A DNA stretch of 63,174 bases, filler included, from Octopus bimaculoides (Eukaryota), in the NCBI RefSeq assembly GCF_001194135.2. It is 4 parts of 4 records of this genome, joined end to end, with 100 filler letters (N's around TTAATTAATTAA, not from the genome) between each part and the next. Parts side by side here need not be neighbours in the genome. Positions count along the whole stretch, not along the records: positions 1 to 29,679 come from NC_068989.1; positions 29,780 to 56,269 come from NC_068982.1; 2 more parts are not named here. One strand, 5' to 3'. Of this stretch, positions 29,051 through 39,760 are shown in pieces. Each line of letters opens with the position of its first letter. Within the stretch, counting starts at the first letter, position 1. The notes beneath the pieces are model-generated. The model was not told the DNA's origin. It ran no database searches and worked only from the letters and a program-made list of their open reading frames with translations. The position numbers and the translations under genes were made by a program.

Positions 29051-29195
29051 TGGGGGGTCGGACAAAAGCAGAGTAGAGAAGGATGGATGATGATGTATGC
29101 TGTTTCTGTCTATTATATTCTGATATATATATGTGTGTGTGTATATATATATGTATGTAGATATATATATATATAGATATATATATATATACATA

Positions 29196-29230
<35 letters not shown>

Positions 29231-29280
29231 GTAAGTCTATATTTGTATGTATATATTATGCATGCATGTATATATATATA

Positions 29281-29679
29281 CTACGATAGATTGCTTAATA
29301 AAGAGAATGAATGGGAGAAAGAGAGCCTGCCGTATGTCGACCCAACAGAGGGACCAGCTATCCGAGTTGACAGTACCAGGGTAGATAAAGCAATTAAGAG
29401 TATGAAGACAGGGAAAGCCCCCGACCCATCAGGAATCACTGCAGAGATGCTCAAAATATCTGGCAGTGTTGGTTACAGCCTAGTCACCCGTATTACAAAC
29501 CAGGTGTTACACGAAGGAGTCATACCCAATGACTGGTGTAGCAGCACCATAGTAAACTGCTACAAAGGTAAAGGTGACGCTTTAGACACTAATAATTACA
29601 GAGGCATCAAGCTGTTAGATCAGGTTATGAAAGTTATGGAGAGGGTCATAGCCCAACTAATTAGGGAGCGAATCAATTT
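29281..29679 (+). mobile_element. RTE-clade LINE reverse transcriptase N-terminal fragment, stop-free up to the gap
   Basis: AIKSMKTGKAPDPSGITAEMLK..IPNDWCSSTIVNCYKGKGDALDTNNYRGIKLLDQVMKVMERVI. Confidence 0.93.
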
Positions 29680-29779
29680 NNNNNNNNNNNNNNNNNNNNN
29701 NNNNNNNNNNNNNNNNNNNNNNNTTAATTAATTAANNNNNNNNNNNNNNNNNNNNNNNNNNNNNNNNNNNNNNNNNNNN
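29680..29779. other. Synthetic scaffold join N44-TTAATTAATTAA-N44 (identical joins at 56270-56369 and 59032-59131)
   Basis: Three gaps with the same 44+12+44 = 100 nt layout; the linker has stops in all six frames. Confidence 0.9.
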
Positions 29780-29813
<34 letters not shown>

Positions 29814-29854
29814 CTTCTTTTCCTTCTCTCGTGACTTTTTCCTCTTTCCTCTTC

Positions 29855-29881
29855 CTGACGATGAGCCATGCTCGAAACGTC
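29855..29881 (+). ncRNA. Minimal hammerhead-ribozyme-like motif (Penelope-associated variant type), probably inactive
   Basis: CTGACGA-T-GAGC-CAT-GCTC-GAAA-CG-TC: core, 4-bp stem II and palindromic ACGT stem III. Stem I does not pair. Confidence 0.4.
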
Positions 29882-30022
29882 ACACTACCTTTTTCTTTCT
29901 GTCATATATAATCAGTGTGCGTCCTTTTGACTTTTTTTTTTATATTCCTTGATTTTTCCTGTCTTTGTCTTTAATTTTGAATTCACTATGCATACATACA
30001 TGCATACATACATACATACATA

Positions 30023-30597
30023 CATACCACCAACTCTCACTTTGAAGGGTATGCCTTTGCTATTCAAGAACAAGAAATAGTAACCAAATTCCTAATAAAC
30101 AAACGGGACAGAGAGGCGGGCAAAGCACCACAATGTAATAATCGATGCAGACTCTGTGGAATCAGTGTCGAAGATATCACCCACATCATTAGCAGCTGTC
30201 CAAAAATGTCATCAAAGTATTACCTACCTATGAGACATGATGTTGTGGCAAAGATACTGTACAATGAAATCCGCCGACAGGATAACCCCGGGGCTAAGGA
30301 GATGAAAACCCATAATGAGGTAGAGGCCATTACCACTCACAATATGAAAGAGTATTGGTGGAATGTCCCAATAAAAACCTCAATAAAGTGCAGACATAAT
30401 AGACCGGATATAGTAATCTGGGACAGAGAAGAGAAACTCTGTACAGTAGTAGAAATCAGCTGTCCTGCGGATGTCAACATCCCACTAAAGATTAGAGAAA
30501 AAGAGAACAACTACGCCGAGCTACTGAGAAATTTGCAGATACTCCACCCAGACTACAAGTTCAGATTCATACCCGTGATTGTTGGGGCATTGGGATA
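30023..30597 (+). mobile_element. R4/Dong-like non-LTR retrotransposon fragment: CCHC knuckle plus REL endonuclease, stop-free
   Basis: EGYAFAIQEQEI..CRLC..EDITHIISSC..RHDVVAKILY..HNRPDIVIWD..VVEISCP..KENNY..FIPVIVGALG. Confidence 0.93.
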
Positions 30598-31039
30598 NNN
30601 NNNNNNNTATGTAAAACTTTCCAAAAATTTAGCACATAAATACATATGCATGCATCTAGACATAAAAACGCATCCATAAAACAAACATACAAATCTGCGC
30701 ATACACTAACACCAAATACTGCACACACACACACACACATATGCACAAATACCTAGATGATGTTGATAAAAGTTCCAATGAAGGAGCCTTGAATCTATGT
30801 TAGAGTCCGGCTCTTTCTCTATGGACAAGAAATACAGAAATGAAACTGATTGATAACATACATACATACATTTATTCATACATACATACATACATACATA
30901 CATACATTTATTCATACATACATACATACATACATACATACGTACATACATATACTTATATGGGTGTGTGTGTTATAAATCCTCAATTGTAAAGTTTTTC
31001 TTTCTCTCACAACATACACAACACAAAGCTTTGAAAAGT

Positions 31040-31200
31040 GCAGCTGGATTAATGTTACTTTCGCTGGCGCGTTTTATCTTCCATAGTTTCAGATTACCTC
31101 CCACCAATCCGACGTTGACATTGTCAATAGAACAAAACAAATCATGACGGAACTGCGAGACGATAATTGAATGAACATTCTGTGAATCTCTTCCTCCTCT
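31040..31200 (+). promoter_or_regulatory. CpG-retaining region just upstream of the SEC14L1 coding exon (possible promoter or 5' UTR)
   Basis: Clustered CpGs (cgctggcgcg, ccgacg, tgcgagacg) and a CCAAT in otherwise CpG-poor DNA, 80-240 bp before the ATG. Confidence 0.35.
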
Positions 31201-31280
31201 TTTTTTTTTCTTTCTTTTTTTCTCTCTCTCTGTCTCTCCGTCTATCAGTTACTTCAATACCCTAAAGGATAAGCAGCAGA

Positions 31281-31343
31281 ATGGTTCACAAATACCAGTC
31301 CCCTGTCAGGGTCTACAAATACCCTTTTGAATTTGTAATGGCG
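31281..31343 (+). CDS. SEC14L1: First coding exon of SEC14-like protein 1 / real-time orthologue (start of PRELI/MSF1 domain); partial gene
   Basis: Translates to MVHKYQSPVRVYKYPFEFVMA, matching from memory the conserved SEC14L1/retm N-terminus MVQKYQSPVRVYKYPFELxMA. Followed directly by GTAAGC donor (phase 0, where exon 1 ends in vertebrate SEC14L1). Pyrimidine tract and AG at 31248 suggest the exon begins at 31249. Confidence 0.93.
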
Positions 31344-31708
31344 GTAAGCAGATACTTTAGAATTTATTGAACAACAATTAATGATGATAATTGTGATAAC
31401 AGTGATGATTGCAGGAGGATTTGTATAGCAACAAACACATATATCTATCTTGATGTGACTTTAATTGGCAATAATGTAATTTGTTCCATTGTTACTTCGT
31501 AAAGGAAATATACTCCAAAAGCTGTTCGTTATTTGTAAATAGTTAAAAGAAATTTCATTTTTAATTATAACTTTCATTCGCCATCCCAATTCTTCTGCCT
31601 CACCTCTTGTCCCTATGTCCTCGAACCTATTTTTCTCATAATCGTGTCTGTTCTCTCTCATGCACACACATTATACAATCGTTCAATCAATCATTCATAT
31701 ATATATAC

Positions 31709-31867
31709 TTATTCGTTTATATTTATATAAGGGCATTACTACAGAATAATGCCACACAACAGACTTCCCAAATAAACACATTTTAATACTAAAATGTGTT
31801 TATTTTGGAAATCTGTTGTGTGGCATTATTCTGTAGTAATGCCGCTTATATAAATATAAACGAATAA
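31709..31867. repeat. Near-perfect hairpin, 77/78-bp arms, 4-nt loop
   Basis: Arms 31709-31785 and 31790-31867 are reverse complements with 2 mismatches and 1 bulge. Confidence 0.95.
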
Positions 31868-31993
31868 TTATATTCTTGGGAATAGAAATTTCCCTTATGA
31901 ATTTTTTTACACACTGGGTTCCTGATAAAATTCTTGTAAAAGATTTTTATCCTTTTTTGAATTTATTAATCAAATATATATATATATATACAT

Positions 31994-32052
<59 letters not shown>

Positions 32053-32627
32053 TACACCCACACACATTTGCATATAAAAACACGACGTGGTGTCTTCCCG
32101 ATCTTTTATATTATTGTTTATGTTTCTGTTAATGTACTCCTGCACATATTTAGTACATGTACACTCCTTGGAGCTACTTCCTTAAACTTGTATCTTTTAT
32201 TATTAGGGGGCTCTATTTTAAACGCTTCCATCGGCAATTTGTTCAGTTTTGCAATGGGATCCCCACTACAATAGTTTAGCCGATAATGGCTCCTGCTAAA
32301 GAAAGGCGCATCACATTTGATTCCTTATCTCTCCCTAAAACACGGAGATAACTATGCTAAAAAACAAAATATGTGTATGAATGTTTGTATGCATTTATGG
32401 ATATATATGTGTGCGTATATGTATGTATGTACGTACGTATGTATGTATGTATGTATGTATGTATGTACGTATGTATGTATGTATGTATATATGTGTGGGA
32501 ATGTGTGTAATCTGTCTTTCTCTCCCTCTTTCTGTCTGTCTCTGTTTCTCTCTCTCTCTCTCTCTTAGTATTTTTACGTAAATGTGAAGTTTAAGACTTT
32601 TGAGACGCTGCTGGTTTTAATGCCTGG

Positions 32628-32664
<37 letters not shown>

Positions 32665-33487
32665 CATACATATACATACTTACAAACATACATATATACA
32701 TATAATTATATGAAACATATACAGTCCCATTTTAAAAAATGTGACTGTATAATCACAGGGGCTTTGAAAGACAAAAGTAGCTAAAACAAATAATTGTTCA
32801 TGTAACATGGAAGCAGTTCCCTACAAAAATGGGACTGTATAATCACAGGAGCATTCAACGACAAGAACAGTAGCTAAAACTAATAATAGTCCGTGTAACA
32901 TAGAAACGGTTCCCTACGACCCAAAGGTAGTTCGATCTGCTAGAAATAACAGTCAGATTTCACTCAAGACATAATTCTGCTATCTTGAAAAAAGAAAAGA
33001 GACGACACATTGAATAATGTAATCGTTGATAGGGTCTTATTAATCGACAAAATGGTCACAGTTGGAACGTCTTTGATCAAAGTTTTGTTGGATCAGAGCT
33101 GACCTAGCAATGACAATACACATTCAAGTAAACGGGAAAGAAAGTTTTTTTTTTTTAGTAATTGCTATAGTTTCCCCTCAATTGTTTGATAGACAAAATA
33201 AAGTATACAGTAATAATATATTCAATCTACACGAGTTTTTTTTCATTTTGATCTAAAATCGTGCCTTAACACAAAAATGGTTATATTTTGGAAGTGTCAA
33301 ATTTACCACACGCACTTTTACAAGCCAACGAATTATATATATATATATATATATATGACAGTTGTATGATATTACTTTTCCTTTTGACTTGATCCGCCCT
33401 CCTGTCATCTTAATGCGTTGTGCGAGTAATGACCGGTATTGGTGCTGAGAGGGAAGCTAAATGCTAAGAAACTGTAACGATACAAGC

Positions 33488-33525
<38 letters not shown>

Positions 33526-33971
33526 GGGAGTAGATAGACAGTCAACAACTGATGAAGGGTCATTTTCTGTATTCTTTGTATTTTTTCCCATTTTTTTTCA
33601 CTCGTTATTTGCGTATTTCATGTTGTTTTCTGTTGGTGATGTCCTGTACCCATATATGCATATATACATATATATATATATTTGTAGGTATGTGTGTGTG
33701 TGTCTATATATTCAGAGAGAGAGAGAGAGAGAGAGATGAGTGCGTGATAAGGGTGGTTGGCAAGCCCTTGGCGAACCTACGCCGAAACTCGATTTCAGTT
33801 CCCGGTTGAGGCTGTCTCATTTTTCTAATACTTTCCCCTTCTTCGTAGTCGGTAATCATTAATCTCTTTACCTCCAAATTGGGTGCATGCATGATTAGAA
33901 TGTTATTCGATGTGTTGTAAAGGTATTCAAAATCCCTTTATATTTTGGGTAGGAATTACTAAAATTCGCCA

Positions 33972-34085
33972 GAGTTAAGAGCCAACGTATATAGCTCGAG
34001 TTGAGGAGCCAACGTTTATAGCGCGAGTTAAGAGCCAACGTTTATAGCGCGAGTTAAGAGCCAACGATTATAGCGCGAGTTAAGA
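33972..34085. repeat. 26-bp CpG-rich minisatellite, ~4.3 copies
   Basis: Unit gagttaagagccaacgtttatagcgc repeated head to tail. Confidence 0.95.
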
Positions 34086-34319
34086 TCGAGCATGCATACA
34101 TACCATAACTTCCTACAACCGCCCCCTAAAAAGGAATCTATCGCATTTTGCTTAGATTTATATTAGACATTATCGTATTTTTAGATCAATGGTTTCTTAC
34201 ACTCCTCGTCAAATTAACTATAATTCAGATTCGTTTGTATGGATCCATACTGATTTATATTTTAATTTTAATAAAAAACACTACTATCAATGCATACACA
34301 CACTCTCGCTCGCACCGCC

Positions 34320-34321
34320 TC

Positions 34322-34416
<95 letters not shown>

Positions 34417-34417
34417 G
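34320..34417. repeat. Compound trinucleotide microsatellite (CTT)n(TAC)n(TAT)n
   Basis: Read directly from the sequence. Confidence 0.95.
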
Positions 34418-34763
34418 CAGCAACAAACAGTAGGAACAGCTGAAGCTTTTAAATTCTCAACCGAGTTTCACGTTGCCGCTTATTTAAACGATTGATTAAT
34501 CGGCAATGCCTAATTCGGAATTGCAAGTCGAGATGCTTCAGCCTCCAATAAAAATATACACAATCTATGTATTGAATACTTACTTCATTCTTAGTTCTTA
34601 CGAATCAATCAATGAAAGAATCAGTCATATTTATGTGTGTGTGTGTGTGTGTGTGTGTAGGCAACATATTACGTTGCCTGATGTTTCTAAACTTTTCCCG
34701 TTTTCACCCTGTCTGTTATCATTTGCCTCCCACATTCATTAAAAAAGTGATAAAGAAAAAAAA

Positions 34764-34820
34764 ATGCTTAATTCGTCTGACAGATTGATTTTACTCAGAC
34801 AGCTGCGCCGAAATCTGGTG
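34764..34820 (+). CDS. Candidate alternative first coding exon MLNSSDRLILLRQLRRNLV
   Basis: AAAATGC start, 19 open codons, GTG|GTATGC donor in phase 0 (same phase as SEC14L1 exon 1), inside a CpG island. No homology support. Confidence 0.3.
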
Positions 34821-35894
34821 GTATGCTTTCTACCGTTTATTGTTGAAGAAAGTCATATTCCTTGCTATTTTTAGCCATCATCTCCTTCCCTTCCATACTT
34901 TTCTTCTTTCCTTCCGTCTTTCAATCATTCTCTCAATTTTTCTCTTTCCCTCTTTTTCTCCTTCACTTACAACCACGCATAATCGATTGCTTCCTTCGCC
35001 CTGTTCTTAAAGGGTGATTTCGTTGTTGAATGCATTTCAAAAAACCAACGGACCTTGTCCTAAAGGAAAGAAAGAAAGAAAGAGAGAGAGAATGTGTGTG
35101 TGTATGTACGTGTGCATCTGTGTGTGTGTGCATGTTCTGTGTTAATCCTTCTGAAAATTGGAGCTATAGTGAAGGAGACTTTCATGGTTCAATGCTCAGT
35201 TAAAGATGCTGTAAGACTTAAGAAAGTGACTGAATGAATTTTACTGAGATTTTTGCGGAGTTTTCTTTCAGTTATTGAACAAATATTCTTCATTCTCGTT
35301 CAAATTGGATACCAAAACAACAACACATACATACACACTGGCTTCTTCCATCAAATTAATTTTTTTTTTAAATTGAAGTATGGAGTCAGAAAGTGTATTC
35401 TCTATAGAATGTGTGTGTATGTGTGTGTGTGTGTATGTGTGTGTGTGTGTATGTGTGTGTGTGTGGGCAAAACATTTTAAGATTTAAAATTTCACTGCTT
35501 CATTAATTCAAGTTTCATGCTGAGGGAATGCAATCATCTGATGAAACTTGAATAATGAGATTAGCAAATTTCAAATCCTATCAGTGTGTGTGTGTGTGTG
35601 TATGCACATGCGCGTGTGTGCATGTGCATGCATGTGTGTGCATGTGTATATAACAATATTAGTTTCAAATTTTGGTACAAGGCCAGCAACATTTATGGGG
35701 AGGAGGTAAGTCGATTATATCAACCCCAATGCTCAACTAGTACTTATTTTATTGACCCCAAAAGGATAAAAGGCAAAATGAACCCCGACAACATTTGAAC
35801 TCAGATAGTAAAGACAGATGAAATACTGCTGAGCATTTTTGCCTGGCCTGCTAATGATTCTGCCAGCTCACTACAACAATATTAAAGATTATGA

Positions 35895-36014
35895 AGGCAG
35901 CAAGCTGGCAGAAACAGTACCACGATAAATTAAGCACCAGTTGCGTACTAGGGTCGATCTAATCGACTGGCTCCTCCCCCAAAAATTTCGGGCCTTGTGC
36001 CAAGAGTAGAAAAG
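35895..36014 (+). mobile_element. 120-bp internally deleted SINE B with perfect 17-bp target-site duplication
   Basis: aatattaaagattatga at 35878-35894 and 36015-36031. Confidence 0.85.
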
Positions 36015-36846
36015 AATATTAAAGATTATGAGAATAGATGAACTGCAAAGATTTTCAATGTAAAATGACAGACATTACAAGCATCAATCTGAGACAGTAA
36101 AGAACAAAATGCTCGATGTTCCCTTGGTGGGATTGTTGCTCTTTTGTTAGTAAATCTTGCATATTTGTATCATTCTATCAAAACACTTAACTTGCCATTA
36201 TGAAGTTTACAGTTTACATGCATTGTGAAGTTTTGACTACCAAAACATTTGAAATTCTGTCCTGAAATTTATGATATGGAAGCCAAATGTTTAGAATTGA
36301 TTGCATTTCTCAGTGAAAGGCAATGAGTGTGAAATATTTGGTATCAGTGTTAATGAAACCTATTGCAGTTATAATAGAAATTCTAAAGTTTCTAAAATAA
36401 ATAAATAAAAAGAGTTGCGTAAGTTAGCTAGTTGAATATTCTATTCAGGTCTTGTTTTTGAAAAAGCATATGTAAGAATATGGGGAAATAATTGCTTCAA
36501 CTCTTCCCTATTTGTTCAGATTTAGAGGAATGAAATGGTAAAAGTTAGGTTGGATTAATTTCATGCTAAAAATAGAGCACTGTTGCAAAGGTACCAAATT
36601 TAGCTATCAAATAGCAAGATTATCTTTATAAAAGTACTTTGTTTTCATTCTGAATTTTATACTGGTTATATAGAAAGCTCCAAAATGGAAATGACTGAAT
36701 GACTGTTATATTTAGGCTAATTTCTTTATTTCAATTGACAGTATATATATATATATATATATGTGCATGCACGCGCATACACACACGTATATGTACATGT
36801 ATTTACATATATCTATCTGTTTATCTATATATATATAGTACATATA

Positions 36847-36905
<59 letters not shown>

Positions 36906-37027
36906 NNNNNNNNNNNNNNNNNNNNNNNNNNNNNNNNNNNNNNNNNNNNNNNNNNNNNNNNNNNNNNNNNNNNNNNNNNNNNNNNNNNNNNNNNNNNNNN
37001 NNNNNNNNNNNNNNNNNNNNNNNNNNN

Positions 37028-37089
<62 letters not shown>

Positions 37090-37225
37090 TATACATATGT
37101 ATGTATGTGTGTGTATATATATATATATAAAGATGGATAGATGATAGATAGATAGATATATGCATATATATTAAATACTTTATCTATGCTTTAGAATGTG
37201 CTTTTTCAGATTTATGATACATTGA

Positions 37226-37266
<41 letters not shown>

Positions 37267-37865
37267 TACCCATATATATGCATATGTACACACACACACA
37301 AACATACATATATGCATGTGTATATGTGTAGGCCAACTTCTTGGTTGGAATAGTGTAAGGCAGTAAACCAATGTAAAAGACTCCATTCAGTGAATGATTT
37401 CTACCTTTAGTATTCTTCTTATTTAAGAAAATGGAAAGCAAGGGAAAACCAATTAAGCCTTCATTAATCCTCAGCACCTATTTTAGATCCATTTATAGAA
37501 GAGACCCCCCCCCACCCCGTTTCTAGTTTATGTCATTCATATATTCACATATTCAGTATATCACCTACTGAAATATATTGTACACCTAGAAATGGCTATG
37601 AATGTGTTATTTTGGGTGTCTAATTTTAGCTTAAAGACTAGGTTGGAATTTAGATTTACGTAAGGTGTATTAGGAATTAGTCTTTAAGTGTTTCCTGTAA
37701 TAATTGGATGCTCTGCAAGTGCATGTGTGTATGGGTGTGCCTATACTCACATGTACACACAGTTTTTGTTATGTTTTTCTGCTACATTGAAAGGTGTTGT
37801 TCATAGTAAAGTTTTCCTGGCTATATCGCCATACTGTGATAAGAATTATATCTATTTGGTGTATA

Positions 37866-38282
37866 CTCATTTACTCATTTACTTGTTTCAGTCATTTGAC
37901 TGAGGCCATGCTGGAGCACCGCCTTTAGTCGAGCAAATCGACCCCAGGACTTATTCTTTGTAAGCCTAGTACTTATTCCATCGGTCTCTTTTGCTGAACC
38001 GCTATGTTACGGGGACGTAAACTCACCAGCATTGGTTGTCAAGCGATGTTGGGGGGACAAACACAGACACACAAACACACACATATAGATATATATATAT
38101 ATACATATACATATATATGACGGGCTTCTTTCAGTTTCCGTCTACCAAATCCACTCACAAGGCTTTGGTCGGCCTGAGGCTATAGTAGAAGACACTTGCC
38201 CAAGGTGCCACGCAGTGGGACTGAACCCGGGACCATGTGGTTGGTAAGCAAGCTACTTACCACACAGCCACTCCTGCGCCTA
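37866..38282 (-). mobile_element. SINE family A, full length, low divergence
   Basis: Same architecture on the minus strand. Confidence 0.9.
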
Positions 38283-38317
38283 TGTATGTTTATTATTTCA
38301 ATATATACTGATCTTAA

Positions 38318-38570
38318 TGTGGCAAGCTGGCAGAATCATTAGCATGCTGGGCAAAATGTTTAGTGGCATTTTGTCTGTCTTTACATTTTAAGTTCAAATT
38401 CCCCCAAGGTTGACTTTACCTTTCATCCTTTTGGTGGTGGTGGTGGTATGTGTGTGTGTGTGTGTGTGTGGGGGGGTCAATAAAATAAGTACCAGTTGTA
38501 CACTGGGGTCAATGTAACTGACTTTCTCTCTCCTCTGAAATTACTGGCCTTGTGCCAAAATATGAAATCA
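38318..38570 (+). mobile_element. tRNA-derived SINE family B
   Basis: gcaagctggcagaat..agttcaaatt..gactttacctttcatcctt..aagtaccagtt..ctggggtc..ggccttgtgcc. Other copies at ~5797-5960(+), 18660-18830(-), 35665-35875(-), 47390-47605(+), 57850-58050(-). Confidence 0.85.
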
Positions 38571-39389
38571 GTGTTTACTGATCTTCAGTTTTTTTACCAA
38601 CATTCTATTCTTCAGTCATTGCGTTCCTTCTTCACAAAATAAGCTTTGTGTTTTCATCCTTTTAATTAGTTATTTCAACTTTATGTATTAAACATAGTTG
38701 CTTTGTGTGCTTAATTTTATTTTGTAGTCTATGTTTTTTTAAAAAATTTTATGTCTTATTCTTTTATGTATCTGTTTAGAAAACTTAACCCATTTATTTC
38801 AGAATTTTAAGTAAACTTAGATAACATTTCTGAGATGGTTAAATTCTGTAAACTAGTTTTATATTTTGATCTAAGCTTCCACGTGACAGAAAACAAAAAT
38901 TAGAATAAATTCATATGAAAACAATATCAATATTCTTTCTTGAGTCTGAATGAATTGCATATTCTTTGATGGAATCAATATGTAAATGTTAGACTCCAGT
39001 CTGCATTATCTGTATTGTCCAACAACTTTGATCAATACATCTTATTTCTATTATTACTTGTTGTTTTTAGATTTTAAACACCCCTTGAGGGCGATTTTAT
39101 CAATTAATTGCTTGGGTAATCTCAGGTAATTGAAGTTTTTCAAATCACTATATTACATATGTGAGAGCTTAATGGATTTGCAAATGTCTGTTAGCTCTTT
39201 CAAAACGTTGCTTTCTTTGAAAAGAAAATCAAAAATTAAAAATAGAAAGCATTTATTGAATGGAGTATTTTTCATTAGCTTGAGTTTTAGACAATTTCAA
39301 CCACGAAGGAGCAGTTGACATCACTAGTGTGTGGCCACATAAAAAGCACTCTGTAAACTGGTTAGTGTTAGGAAAGGCATCCAGCCATA

Positions 39390-39760
39390 GAGAGGAATAA
39401 AGCTAGCATGCTCTGCTGGATATGTAATATCAGTGTACATGTGTGACAGAACATTAGCATATTGAGAGAAAAATTAGGCATAAGAGGAATTAGATGCAGT
39501 GTGCAAGGGAGAAGACTACACTGGTTTAGTCATGTGACATGTATGGATGAGGACAGCTTCATAAAGAAGCACTGGTCACTTAAAGTGAATGGAACTTGTT
39601 GAAATGAGAGACTCAGGAAGACATGGGACAAGGTATTGAAAGCCTATCTCAAGATGTTGAGCTTCACAAAGGAGATGACAAAGGATCAAAATATCAGGTA
39701 CCTTGCTGTACTCAAGAAGACACTCCCACCACAGCAGATATCCTAATACCACTTTGGTAA
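39390..39760 (+). mobile_element. RTE LINE 3' fragment, decayed
   Basis: ILREKLGIRGIRCSVQGRRLHWFSHVTCMDEDS..LRKTWDKVLK. Confidence 0.8.

Larger units (their letters stand above)
33380..35050. promoter_or_regulatory. CpG-retaining intronic island (putative alternative promoter or enhancer)
   Basis: Visibly higher CpG density than flanks; largely non-repetitive; contains GT donors at 33852 and 34821. Confidence 0.4.

Noticed and set aside
29724-29735. TTAATTAATTAA as a biological motif (PacI or homeodomain site)
   Set aside because: Always centred in exactly 44+44 Ns; it is a scaffolding linker.
33704-33892. ORF MHAPNLEVKRLMITDYEEGES..
   Set aside because: No recognisable homology; runs into a (GA)n tract; better explained as CpG-island sequence.
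33972-34085. 26-bp direct repeats as a CRISPR-like array
   Set aside because: Repeats abut with no spacers, and the context is eukaryotic with no cas genes.
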